The position numbers and the translations under genes were made by a program. A model generated the notes under the pieces. That model searched no databases. It was not told the origin of the DNA and saw only the letters and a program-made list of their open reading frames with translations. 64,000 nucleotides of DNA from an uncultured bacterium (GTDB taxonomy: Bacteria; Patescibacteriota; Minisyncoccia; Phycocordibacterales; PALSA-1337). Shown piece by piece: positions 40,902 to 50,414 of the stretch (position 1 is the stretch's first letter; each line of letters begins with the position of its first letter). The stretch spans positions 36,849-100,848 of the forward strand of contig OY969557.1 in NCBI GenBank assembly GCA_963701025.1, written 5' to 3'.

Positions 40902-42104
40902 TTATATAGAATGCGCTAACTTCATTGTCAGTCCCAAATCAAACTTCCATACACCATTTTCTTCAACAAAACCCCATCGCATATTCCCAGAGACACCACT
41001 ACTACTAATCGTATTTAGTACTACTGAGACTTCATTATTATTGGTGTAATACGATGGTCTACAAGAACTATTGCAAAAAGTTATTTGCTTGATAGTTATT
41101 TCTTTAAAAGAAGTATTTAATTGACTGATCTTTAGTGTGCCTTGAGTTGCAGCTGAAGAGTATTCCAACACACCCTGTTGATCAGCATTTAGAAACGCTT
41201 GTTTGAAGGCATTCACCGTAGTTGTTATAGCTGAAATATCTGAATTAGATAATGTTCCAGGTGTATTACCTGATGGACTGCTTGAAACACTACTAGTTGT
41301 GCTAGCAATAGAATTAGTTTGGGTGGATGGACTTTGACCGAAAGTACTTATTATAGTCGGTGAAATATCAGTAAGAGTAAAATTATTTAACACATTATTT
41401 TCAAACCATGTAGTGAATTGGGAACTATCTGGTGTGTTGTCAACAAGAGTAGTAATCAAATAACAAGATGAGTTACTACGATAAATCAGATAGTTGCGAG
41501 TAGGGCCTAATCCTTGGTTAAACGAAGGTTGTCCAGGATTGGGATTAAAATAAACAGTTTTACCACTAATAGTACTGGTTGAGGCTTTGGAATTTTGGAA
41601 ACCACCTAAATATCCTGGACAAGTCTCGCCAATAGAATCAATTGTGAATGAAGCTGTAGCATTGCTATAAATACCTATGTCATAAAGATGAAATTGGAAT
41701 GTCGGACTACTACTTACAAAAATATGATCAGGATCGCTTGGTGCTTCTGTGAGAATTGACTGTCCAGGATACATAACTGAATATCCAGCATCATTCGAAT
41801 ACGATTTCTCTAGTTGGTTCGATAGAATGATTCTAGTTTTTTGATAATAAACTACACCTCCAATTAACACTAATAAGATAACTACAACAGTAATAGATAT
41901 GGAAAGAATATGAGATTTCTTTACGCCAGGTATAACATTAGAAGAAACTGGTACGCCTTGATTAACACCTAGAGTAGAAAAAACTTCGGTAATATCTGAA
42001 AGATTCCAACCTCCTGCAGAGATTAAATTTTGTTGTATCGTTTCTTTACTTAATCCTTGAGCTAACTGTTTCTTGATGTAATCAAGCAATTGGGGATTTA
42101 CCAT
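40902..42104 (-). CDS. AT-rich Ser/Thr/Asn-rich membrane-anchored surface protein (hypothetical)
   Basis: 400 aa, one TM helix near the N-terminus, composition strikingly lower in GC than flanking genes, adjacent to tRNA-Val. Confidence 0.45.
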   Translation of the reverse strand: MVNPQLLDYIKKQLAQGLSKETIQQNLISAGGWNLSDITEVFSTLGVNQGVPVSSNVIPGVKKSHILSISITVVVILLVLIGGVVYYQKTRIILSNQLEKSYSNDAGYSVMYPGQSILTEAPSDPDHIFVSSSPTFQFHLYDIGIYSNATASFTIDSIGETCPGYLGGFQNSKASTSTISGKTVYFNPNPGQPSFNQGLGPTRNYLIYRSNSSCYLITTLVDNTPDSSQFTTWFENNVLNNFTLTDISPTIISTFGQSPSTQTNSIASTTSSVSSSPSGNTPGTLSNSDISAITTTVNAFKQAFLNADQQGVLEYSSAATQGTLKISQLNTSFKEITIKQITFCNSSCRPSYYTNNNEVSVVLNTISSSGVSGNMRWGFVEENGVWKFDLGLTMKLAHSI

Positions 42105-42315
42105 AATAAGGAAAGTATATCAAATCTACACTTAATAAGCTTACATACTGTTGATATCGTTTACTCAGGAAAGTAATCAAGAAGAAAAAAGAAGAATGCT
42201 CGAAAAACTACTTTCGAACCTTTCGGTGAAAAATAAAAGTATGGCTAACTATCAATTCAAAAGTCCGTATCAGGTATTAGCAAAAACACCTAAAAATGCC
42301 AATATCGAACTATTG

Positions 42316-42388
42316 TGCGCGGTATAGGATTCGAACCTATGACCCTTCCCACGTCAAGGGAATGCTCTACCAACTGAGCTAACCGCGC
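42316..42388 (-). tRNA. tRNA-Val (anticodon GAC)
   Basis: The reverse complement gives GCGCGGTTAGCTCAGTTGGTAGAGCATTCCCTTGACGTGGGAAGGGTCATAGGTTCGAATCCTATACCGCGCA. The anticodon loop is TTGACGT. Coordinates are ±2. Confidence 0.8.
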
Positions 42389-42469
42389 GGATTATTTATG
42401 TGGGGACACTATAGCAGAAACGGCGGAAAAATCTATGGGAGCCGATGGCCGACAGTTTCAGCTCTGAAT

Positions 42470-43450
42470 CTATTGCGTAATCGTCTCCTTCTTCTCGATC
42501 TGTTGTCCATTCTTCGTATAGATGCTGTGGTCATTCTGGGCTAACGCGACGGTGATGATGTGCGTCCCCGGTTGAAGATCATCCAAGTGATACCACAGTC
42601 CGTAGACGACATGGAGCGTATCGTCGACATACAGATGGACATGGCCTTGATCAGGAACGGGTGCTCCGTTCACGTCTTGCGGAGTGAAGAGAAAGTTTGT
42701 GGTCGTGATATGCACGTCCCATCCTCCCATCGAAACCGGGTCTCGGGTGATGGTAAAATCGACCGTAGGAGTCGGATATGCCGCCGGAATCTCGTAAGTC
42801 TTGAGCATCATGCCCATGGGCGCCATGGCGCCCGGTCCCGTTTTTACGGACGATTGCGACGGGAATACGGTGACGAGGAGCATCGATCCCAAAACCACCA
42901 CCGTAAGGATCAAGACTCTGGTAAGGCGCGGTGTTGCCTCAGCGACGCTCTTATCTTTAGCGACATCTCTCCACAGGAAAAAATCCGGCCATCTCCGTGA
43001 TAAAAATGAATCCAAACTGTATGTCCTCCAGCTCGCCCCGACGAATAGGGCTATCAGGACAAATGCGTAAATGATCGCCGCGCCTATATCAGTCGAGCCG
43101 GGTCCATATGGACCGCCGAATCCTTCGCCTATAGACCAGATGAGAAGCGAGAAGGCTATGCCGACGATGAGTCCGACCCTAGTCAGCAGACCGAAGATGA
43201 GGCTTATGGCGATCGCCGATTCTATAAGCGCGACGAGCACGGCGAGCAGGTGTGGATGCCAGCTCGCTATTCCCGCCCACATATCTATCCAGGACATCAC
43301 CCATGCCGGCTGGCCGCTCGTCATCGAAGAGATCTGATCATATAGACCGTCGAGAAAAGCGGGTTGCCATTTCATGTACGCGTCGATCAGCCAAATAAAG
43401 CCGAAAGCGATGCGCAAGAGGGCAAACCGTCGTTCCATCTTCATGACCAT
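42470..43450 (-). CDS. DoxX-family membrane protein with a C-terminal extracytoplasmic beta-domain (HxHxxxDD motif)
   Basis: The N-terminal half has 4 TM helices typical of DoxX. The C-terminus reads GHVHLYVDDTLHVVYGLWYH. Confidence 0.45.
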   Translation of the reverse strand: MVMKMERRFALLRIAFGFIWLIDAYMKWQPAFLDGLYDQISSMTSGQPAWVMSWIDMWAGIASWHPHLLAVLVALIESAIAISLIFGLLTRVGLIVGIAFSLLIWSIGEGFGGPYGPGSTDIGAAIIYAFVLIALFVGASWRTYSLDSFLSRRWPDFFLWRDVAKDKSVAEATPRLTRVLILTVVVLGSMLLVTVFPSQSSVKTGPGAMAPMGMMLKTYEIPAAYPTPTVDFTITRDPVSMGGWDVHITTTNFLFTPQDVNGAPVPDQGHVHLYVDDTLHVVYGLWYHLDDLQPGTHIITVALAQNDHSIYTKNGQQIEKKETITQ

Positions 43451-43471
43451 AGTATAGCGTATATCGTGAAA

Positions 43472-44002
43472 TTAAGGCCGTGCATGAGCGCACCGCTTGC
43501 AAACCCCGAAGAGCTCGAGCGAATGGGTGTTGATGCTTTGGAATGTTGAATGCTTCAAGATGCCTCTAGTCGCATTCTCCACATCGCATCCCTCAAAATC
43601 CTCGATCATGCCGCATTCCGTGCATACGATGTGGTGATGATGGTCCAGGGCGAGCTCATAATACGCCGATTCTTTATGTATATCCAAGCGTCGTATGATG
43701 TCGGCCGCTTCAAAAGAGGCGAGCGTGCGGTATATGGTCACAAGGTTGACGTCTCTTTTCTTCAGCTTCTCGCGGATATGATCCGCGTTAATGGGTCTGC
43801 GGTCGGCAGAAAATACATCAAGGATAGCCCACCTAGCCGGTGTGTTCTTCAGGCCATTTTCTTTGAGCATGGCGGAGAAGTCTTTTGACATATACGAACA
43901 TATTAAGCCATCGGCCTCTGTGGATGTCTTGTTATATTCAGCGTACTGGCGCAACAGCGTATTCAACTTTCCTTTTGTTTGCGGTGATTGAGAATGCTTC
44001 AT
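43472..44002 (-). CDS. Fur-family metalloregulator (probably Zur)
   Basis: ARWAILDVF...NLVTIYRTLASFEAADIIRRL...HHHHIVCTECG...CKRCAH. Confidence 0.75.
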   Translation of the reverse strand: MKHSQSPQTKGKLNTLLRQYAEYNKTSTEADGLICSYMSKDFSAMLKENGLKNTPARWAILDVFSADRRPINADHIREKLKKRDVNLVTIYRTLASFEAADIIRRLDIHKESAYYELALDHHHHIVCTECGMIEDFEGCDVENATRGILKHSTFQSINTHSLELFGVCKRCAHARP

Positions 44003-44003
44003 G

Positions 44004-44837
44004 TTATTTCTTTTTCCCTACAATAATGGTATTGATAATGTCTTTTGATCTTCCGCTTCTGCGCACCACATCGATATTTTTAAGATGCTCGGCCGTGATC
44101 TCTGGGTAGAGGAGCGTGCCAAGATCGCTCACGCTTCGCATGACGATATGGGTGTTTACGGCACTCTTTCCGGCGATATGATCGATTATCTTTTTCTTTT
44201 CCTCGTCAGTCTCTCCCGCCAGAGCGGCAATGAAAATCGTCTGATATTTTGAGATATTTACCATATCGAGGATATTCCCCTTTATGACGCGGATTCTCTC
44301 CGAGAGACCCGACTTATTGACAAGGCTCTGCGAGAGTTTGCACGCCTCATCATCCATATCGAGATTGTCTATCAAGGCATCGCATTTTCTCGCCATCATG
44401 ATCGATGAGAGGGGTAGCGGTCCAGAGCCCACAAAAAGCACGCTATGCCCGTCATGTATGTCGCATAATCTCATGCTCTCGATCTCAAGGTCGGTCATGC
44501 GTTCGTAGTTCGAGTAATACGGAAAGAAGCGCAATATTTTGTCCGCGTCTCTCGACCGGAGAGCGCTTTTTACCCAGAATAGTTCGAGCTCCGTCTCGGC
44601 CTTTGCCGACATTTTACGGAGCCCGTTTTTAATCGAGCGTATTTCTTTGTCCTCCAAAATGTCTTTTGAATGATCCGCTGGAGTGTCGAGGACTATGCCC
44701 ACTAGTTCTCTAAAAGTGGAATTTATCTTTTCCGACGGTTCAAGGCTCTTTGCAGACAAAAGCTTCCCGTGAATGCCGAGAATTTTATCCCTTTTCTTTT
44801 GTGAAATTGCCCGTGTCATTTTGTATAAAAACTGCAT
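44004..44837 (-). CDS. nicotianamine synthase-like protein (NAS/CntL-like aminobutyryl transferase)
   Basis: LFVGSGPLPLSSIMMA and TIFIAALAGETDEEKKKII match the conserved NAS SAM-binding and core motifs. Confidence 0.6.
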   Translation of the reverse strand: MQFLYKMTRAISQKKRDKILGIHGKLLSAKSLEPSEKINSTFRELVGIVLDTPADHSKDILEDKEIRSIKNGLRKMSAKAETELELFWVKSALRSRDADKILRFFPYYSNYERMTDLEIESMRLCDIHDGHSVLFVGSGPLPLSSIMMARKCDALIDNLDMDDEACKLSQSLVNKSGLSERIRVIKGNILDMVNISKYQTIFIAALAGETDEEKKKIIDHIAGKSAVNTHIVMRSVSDLGTLLYPEITAEHLKNIDVVRRSGRSKDIINTIIVGKKK

Positions 44838-44873
44838 GATCCTGATCGGTCAAAGATCATGCAGGTGGATCTA

Positions 44874-46538
44874 TTAATCGTTACCACACGGTCTGCTCAT
44901 GAGTTTGATTGCGATTGTTTCGGATTCGCGAATCCTCTTCAGAGCCTCTTGCCACTTGACGCGAAGTTCTGGCGTGTATGCAAGAGATAAGCAGTGTTCA
45001 GCGGCTCTCCGTGCGTGCGACGGATAATCCCCATGCTCGATACCATAGAGCAAGACTTCTAGGATTTCGTCACATTGCCACGATGCCCGCTCAGGATCGG
45101 AGTTAAGGCTCTTGAGGGAGTGAATCCCTTCGGCCGCCATAGCTCCAGGTTTCAGCCTTTCGACTGTCGAGACGAGTCCCTGTCCGAAGAAGTCTCCGTG
45201 GCGGTTTGTCCACCACACCATCGATACGCCGAGCTCGCGCTGGTTGGTCGCAAGTTCATGGGGGACGATCTCGGCTTTCCGGTTTCTCACGATCTCCGCG
45301 CACGAAACCCAATATTCCATACAGTGCTTCAGGACCCTCGGGAACCATTCGTCAATGACGTACGGTCTCCGCGACATCTCCTTCACGAGTTGGAGCTCTT
45401 CCGGGTGAGTGATGATGCTGATCCCCTTACTGGAAGGGAGCACTATCGCCTCATGAGGGATCTTTGCCAGGATGGCCTTGATGGCTTCGACGGTCTCTTC
45501 CCGAGTCGCAGTCTCCTTGCGTAGAAGCTGGTAGCCTTGGCCTTCCTCGCCTGGCATTTTCTTCATGGCAACAAGTGTTGCCAATTCAGGAAGATCCTGC
45601 TTGATATCCACTTTCCTTGAAGTATAGAACGTCACGAACCGCCGTGAGTCTTCGACTGTCTGCTCCCAATCGCCGTGCACCTCGTTGAAAAGATGACCGT
45701 CGATTGCTCCCTTGATCCTAAGCAGGAAATCTTTCCCGGCAAACGCCTTTCGGAGATCGTAAAGAGTCGTTTCCTGACCAAGATCGTAGAAGTAGGGATA
45801 CATATTATGAACATGATGTTCGTGATGAGCGTGATTATGGTGATGACCGCAACTGCATCCCGCGTGATGCTCATGGCCATGATGATGGTCCGTCCGACTT
45901 ACCGAAAGCCCCATTCTCCGTTTCGCCCCTTTCTCAAAGAGGTTAAGGATTAGATCCGGAATCTCGGGACCATTCGGAATATGGACGACCGGGATACCAG
46001 GGTTCTCCTGTGCCACGAATTCCAGCACGCCACCCGATTCATCCCAATCCAAGAGGGTGTGAATCTGGTGCATGTGCTTGGTAAGGCCCACTGCCAAGGT
46101 TGCTGCCCTTACTTGGCTCTTGATCACATCGGCATATCTTACAAGATCGAGCCGGTGGTGCTTTTGCGAAAGCAGGCAGAGGATATGGAACGGATACGGG
46201 CACGATTCGAGGAAATCCCTAGTCTCGTTTCCGGCCGTGATGCCGAAGCCTTCCAAGAATACCCAAGTGATATGCGATTTCTCGAGTTTCGCGAGGGTGT
46301 CCTTGAGGTCCGCGGTATCGGAACAAGTAAAGCATCCGTTGGTCATTGCGACCACTTCGGCTGACCTGCGCGCGAGCTCGCCGTCGATCAGGGCACCCTC
46401 GTCATTTACGACGTAGGCGACCTTATCTCTGGTGGGGAATCCACGGGATTCCAGAGCCTGAATTACGTTCAGGACAAACGTCGTCTTGCCGGCTCCCAGG
46501 GGGCCGACAGCGGCGAATAACTGCATGGCTTTTTTCAT
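44874..46538 (-). CDS. COG0523-family metallochaperone GTPase (CobW/YjiA/ZigA-like) with a His-rich segment and a ~200-aa C-terminal extension
   Basis: P-loop GPLGAGKTT; NGCFTCS (CxCC-like) motif; His-rich tract HHHGHEHHAGCSCGHHHNHAHHEHHVH. Confidence 0.7.
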   Translation of the reverse strand: MKKAMQLFAAVGPLGAGKTTFVLNVIQALESRGFPTRDKVAYVVNDEGALIDGELARRSAEVVAMTNGCFTCSDTADLKDTLAKLEKSHITWVFLEGFGITAGNETRDFLESCPYPFHILCLLSQKHHRLDLVRYADVIKSQVRAATLAVGLTKHMHQIHTLLDWDESGGVLEFVAQENPGIPVVHIPNGPEIPDLILNLFEKGAKRRMGLSVSRTDHHHGHEHHAGCSCGHHHNHAHHEHHVHNMYPYFYDLGQETTLYDLRKAFAGKDFLLRIKGAIDGHLFNEVHGDWEQTVEDSRRFVTFYTSRKVDIKQDLPELATLVAMKKMPGEEGQGYQLLRKETATREETVEAIKAILAKIPHEAIVLPSSKGISIITHPEELQLVKEMSRRPYVIDEWFPRVLKHCMEYWVSCAEIVRNRKAEIVPHELATNQRELGVSMVWWTNRHGDFFGQGLVSTVERLKPGAMAAEGIHSLKSLNSDPERASWQCDEILEVLLYGIEHGDYPSHARRAAEHCLSLAYTPELRVKWQEALKRIRESETIAIKLMSRPCGND

Positions 46539-46718
46539 TCAGTCTCTCCTAATGGTTGGTTGTGAAATGATCAATCAATGCAAATGTTTGCATCTGAGTA
46601 GCACTGTACACTACAATTTATCTAATTGCAAATGGTTAACACTTGAGTTGCCATACTATTTATGAAAAAGGATTTCAGATTGATTTTGAAATCTGTTTAA
46701 TCTGTTATACTTCAGTCG

Positions 46719-47882
46719 ATGAGACTTCAGACTAAACAGGCCATCTCTCTGGCGATCTTTCTTGCCGGGAGCTTTCTTGTATGTGATACCGCCCACGCAC
46801 AACAGCCTAGTTCTGACCAGACGACCGTGATGAAGGCGCAAGTCATCCAGGTCATAAGCCAGAAGATGGAATATGTTCCAAGCACGACCACTGATCAGAT
46901 GCTCCAGGTAAGGATCATCAACGGTTCTGAAGAAGGGAAGACCGTAACCGTCGAAAACGACTCGATCATCTTCAAGGCGGGTGATATCGTCTATCTGACC
47001 CATCAGGTCGATTCTCTTGATAACCTAGATACGTATTATATTTCCGACGCGTATCGCTTGCCTTGGATATACGGTCTCGTCGGGCTTTTTGTTCTTTGCG
47101 TGCTCATGGTCGGCGGCAAGCAGGGATTACGAGGGCTGGTCTCTCTCGCCTTGAGCTTCTTCGTGATCGCGTACGTGCTTTTCCCCTCGATCATCCACGG
47201 GTTTTCTCCGGTTCTCATGAGCATCGGAGTGGCGTCGCTCATGATCATACTCGGCTCGTATATCACGCACGGTTTCAACAAGGTCACGACGTCCGCGGTG
47301 ATCGGCATGGTTCTGACCATCATATGCACCGGTCTTCTCGCGTATATATCGATCCACGGCGCCAAATTGACCGGTTTTTCCAGCGATGAATCCCTGTCCC
47401 TTAACATAGATACCAACGGATCGATCGATCTTGCCGGGCTTCTTCTTGGCGGTATCATCATCGGACTGCTCGGCGTGCTATATGACGCCGCCATCGGCCA
47501 GGCGGTCGCGGTGGACGAACTGCACAAGATCGGACCTCATTTATCGAAGAATGTCATATTCAAGCGGGCCCTTCGCATGGGACGTGAACATATTGGCGCT
47601 CTCGTCAACATCCTGGCCATTGCCTATGTCGGCGCTTCGTTGCCCCTCCTGCTCCTATTCTATCAATCCGGCGCTGATTTCAGTCTGACCGTCAATAGCG
47701 AGATATTTGCCACGGAGATCATACGTGCAATGGTCGGTTCTATAGGCTTGATCTTGGCAGTGCCCGTTACGACCGCCATCGCTGTCTTCATGCTGATAAA
47801 AAGGAAGAAAGCTAGCCTCGAGGATCCGCACATCATCGCCGGTGAAATGCGGAAAGTCGATGAGTTAGAGCATGTGCATTGA
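46719..47882 (+). CDS. YibE/F-family membrane protein with an N-terminal secreted domain, divergent from the COG0523 gene
   Basis: Signal peptide + ~110-aa extracytoplasmic domain + YibE/F-like multi-TM region. Confidence 0.5.
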   Translation: MRLQTKQAISLAIFLAGSFLVCDTAHAQQPSSDQTTVMKAQVIQVISQKMEYVPSTTTDQMLQVRIINGSEEGKTVTVENDSIIFKAGDIVYLTHQVDSLDNLDTYYISDAYRLPWIYGLVGLFVLCVLMVGGKQGLRGLVSLALSFFVIAYVLFPSIIHGFSPVLMSIGVASLMIILGSYITHGFNKVTTSAVIGMVLTIICTGLLAYISIHGAKLTGFSSDESLSLNIDTNGSIDLAGLLLGGIIIGLLGVLYDAAIGQAVAVDELHKIGPHLSKNVIFKRALRMGREHIGALVNILAIAYVGASLPLLLLFYQSGADFSLTVNSEIFATEIIRAMVGSIGLILAVPVTTAIAVFMLIKRKKASLEDPHIIAGEMRKVDELEHVH

Positions 47883-47902
47883 TTTGAAAGGAAAGGTTCA
47901 TG

Positions 47903-47974
47903 TAGCCCTACGGGGAATCGAACCCCGATTACAGCCTTGAAAAGGCCGTGTCCTGACCGTTAGACGATAGGGCC
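47903..47974 (-). tRNA. tRNA-Glu (anticodon TTC)
   Basis: The reverse complement is GGCCCTATCGTCTAACGGTCAGGACACGGCCTTTTCAAGGCTGTAATCGGGGTTCGATTCCCCGTAGGGCTA. The anticodon loop is TTTTCAA. Confidence 0.75.
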
Positions 47975-48038
47975 ATAGCGTGGCACCACAGTATCATTTT
48001 TTTGAAAAATCGGCAAAAGATGCTAAGGTTGTACGCAC

Positions 48039-48128
48039 GGAGAGGTGGCAGAGTGGTCGAATGCACCGCTTTCGAAAAGCGGCAGGGGCGCAAGCTCCTC
48101 GGGAGTCCGAATCTCCCCCTCTCCGCCA
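48039..48128 (+). tRNA. tRNA-Ser (anticodon CGA), type II with long variable arm, CCA encoded
   Basis: GGAGAGGTGGCAGAGTGGTCGAATGCACCGCTTTCGAAAAGCGG...CCTCTCCGCCA. Confidence 0.85.
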
Positions 48129-48146
48129 GCTGAAATCAATGGTCTA

Positions 48147-49070
48147 TTATTGTGCGTGTAAATACAGATAGATGTCTTCTACTGCCTTGACGGCGTCTCC
48201 GGCGGCTATGTTGTTCTGGTGGAACAAGCCGTCTGTGGCGTCTCCGGCGGCCCAGACGCCATCCACTGACGCGCGCTGATCCTTCGGGTCCGTGACGATG
48301 CGATTATACTCGTCCAGTTTGACGATGTCCTTGATGAAACCGGTATTCGGTAGAGAGCCGATCTCCGCGAATATGCCTGTCACTGGTAACTCCGTGTCCT
48401 TGCCGGTCTTGGCATCAGTGTAGACGATAGACGCCACGAATTTTCCGCCCTTGACCTCTTTCGGTATCGCGTTCGTGACGATCTTCACCCGGGGATTCTT
48501 GGAGACGGCCTCTATCGTGCCCGGATCAGCCTTGAAGTTTTCGGAACGATTCAAGAGGGTGACGCTCTTGCAGTAGGCCATGAGCTGGGCGGCCGTCTCG
48601 AAAGCCGCGTTGCCTCCGCCCACGACCGCCACGTCCTGGTCGGCATATAGCGGGCCATCGCAGGAAGCGCAGTAGACCACGCCTTTATTGTCGTATTCGG
48701 CTGCGCCTGGGATGGGAAGCTTGCGCCTGCTCGAGCCGGTCGTGACCAGAACTGTCTTGGCCTCGTATGAGCCCTTATCAGTCGTTATGTTGAATCCTGT
48801 CGAAGCCTTGGCGACGCCCTTCGCCAGTTCTCCTTCCTTGAAATCTATTATGCCGGTTGCATAAGCCTTGGCATGTGCTTCCAGTGCTTTCGTCAGGTCC
48901 AGGCCGCTTAGCTTGACTGTGCCGATCCAATTCTCCACGCCTTCGGAGACATAACTCTGGCCGAGCCAGTCCTTGGTTATGAAAACTGTCCGCAGGCGCT
49001 TCCTGGCGGCATATACCGCCGCCGCCGCTCCCGCCGGTCCGCCGCCGATGATAGCAAGGTCGTAGGTCAT
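48147..49070 (-). CDS. trxB: thioredoxin-disulfide reductase
   Basis: AIIGGGPAGAAAAVYAAR...CASCDGPLY...VAVVGGGNAAFE. Confidence 0.85.
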   Translation of the reverse strand: MTYDLAIIGGGPAGAAAAVYAARKRLRTVFITKDWLGQSYVSEGVENWIGTVKLSGLDLTKALEAHAKAYATGIIDFKEGELAKGVAKASTGFNITTDKGSYEAKTVLVTTGSSRRKLPIPGAAEYDNKGVVYCASCDGPLYADQDVAVVGGGNAAFETAAQLMAYCKSVTLLNRSENFKADPGTIEAVSKNPRVKIVTNAIPKEVKGGKFVASIVYTDAKTGKDTELPVTGIFAEIGSLPNTGFIKDIVKLDEYNRIVTDPKDQRASVDGVWAAGDATDGLFHQNNIAAGDAVKAVEDIYLYLHAQ

Positions 49071-49086
49071 GTAATATGAGAGTTCC

Positions 49087-50322
49087 TTACTTCAATCTGC
49101 TTCTCCTCAAGAACGCCGGCACGGCACCCCAGTCATCGTCATCGTTGGCTTCGGGCTTTTCTGATTTTGCTTCCTTGCGCGCCATAGAAGCGGATTCGGC
49201 TTTTATGGCCGCGGGTGCGGCTTCTTTTTCCTTGCGGAGATCGGAGAAGGTATTGAATATCTTGCCACGCTCTTTGACGGCTGGGCGTTCGGCGCCGCGG
49301 GCGAATGGGCTAGCCGTAGCTTCTTCCGAAGCCGCGGGGCGAGCCGCCCGAGCCGCGGCCATGCTCGTCTCGGGAAAGCCGGTGGCTATGACCGTGACTC
49401 TGACCTCATTCTTCTTGAGCTTGTCGTCTCGCACGGTTCCGAAGATGATCTTGGCCTCGGGATCTATGGATTCGGTTATGACCTTGGCGGCATCTTGGAT
49501 CTCGAACATGGTCAGGTCCTCGCCGCCGGCGATGGAGAAGAGCACGCCCTTGGCTCCAGTGATGGAAACGTCGAGCAAAGGCGAATTGATGGCGGCCTTG
49601 GCGGCTTCGATGGCGCGGTTCTCTCCGGTGGCCGAGCCGATGCCCATCAAGGCCGAACCGGCATTCTCCATAACCGTACGGATGTCGGCAAAGTCTATGT
49701 TGATGAGGCCGGGGGTGGTGATGAGGTCTGATATGCCCTCGACGGCATGGCGCAATATCTCGTCGCACATGGCGAAGGCGTTCTTTACGGTGGTGTCTTT
49801 GGAGACAGACGAGAGCAGTCGGTCGTTAGGTATGACGATGATGGCATCTACCTCCTTGCGAAGCTCTTCTAGGGCCGTTTCGGCTATACGAGAGCGCTGG
49901 CGTCCTTCGAAGAAGAACGGCTTTGTGACTACGGCAACGGTCAAACATCCTAGCTCCTTGGCTACGCGGGCGATCATAGGGCTGGCGCCTGATCCAGTGC
50001 CTCCGCCTTCACCGCAGGTGACGAAGACCATGTCCGCTCCTTTTATGGCTTCTTGAATCTCGTCCCGGGTCTCTTCGGCGGCCCGTCGTCCGAGATCAGG
50101 GTTCATGCCAGTGCCGAGGCCTCGGGTGATGTTCTTGCCTATATGGATCTTCTTCTTGGCGAGAGAACCGTGAAGGTCCTGGGCGTCGGTATTTACGACG
50201 ATGAAATCCACGCCTCTGACCTTGGCGTTGATCATGTGATTGACGGCATTACGGCCGGAGCCGCCCACGCCGAGGACTTTGATGCGGGCGAACGTCTCGA
50301 TATCTGGAGTGATGTGGGGCAT
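49087..50322 (-). CDS. ftsZ: cell division protein FtsZ
   Basis: GVGGSGRNAVNHM...TCGEGGGTGSGASPMIA... Confidence 0.9.
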   Translation of the reverse strand: MPHITPDIETFARIKVLGVGGSGRNAVNHMINAKVRGVDFIVVNTDAQDLHGSLAKKKIHIGKNITRGLGTGMNPDLGRRAAEETRDEIQEAIKGADMVFVTCGEGGGTGSGASPMIARVAKELGCLTVAVVTKPFFFEGRQRSRIAETALEELRKEVDAIIVIPNDRLLSSVSKDTTVKNAFAMCDEILRHAVEGISDLITTPGLINIDFADIRTVMENAGSALMGIGSATGENRAIEAAKAAINSPLLDVSITGAKGVLFSIAGGEDLTMFEIQDAAKVITESIDPEAKIIFGTVRDDKLKKNEVRVTVIATGFPETSMAAARAARPAASEEATASPFARGAERPAVKERGKIFNTFSDLRKEKEAAPAAIKAESASMARKEAKSEKPEANDDDDWGAVPAFLRRSRLK

Positions 50323-50414
50323 GGAAAAAGGGGATTAGTCTGGGGTATAGATAAGGGTTATATTAGCATATGAGGGGCGGTGCGCAAGAATGAAGAAGCC
50401 GCCGCCTTAGTTGA

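Noticed and set aside
49076-50056. 326-aa plus-strand ORF opposite ftsZ; 51120-52025 opposite ftsA; 53489-54256 opposite the HisRS-like gene; 58075-58766 opposite rpsA
   Set aside because: Antisense shadows rich in Ser/Ala/Arg with no domain signatures. The opposite-strand genes are strongly supported.
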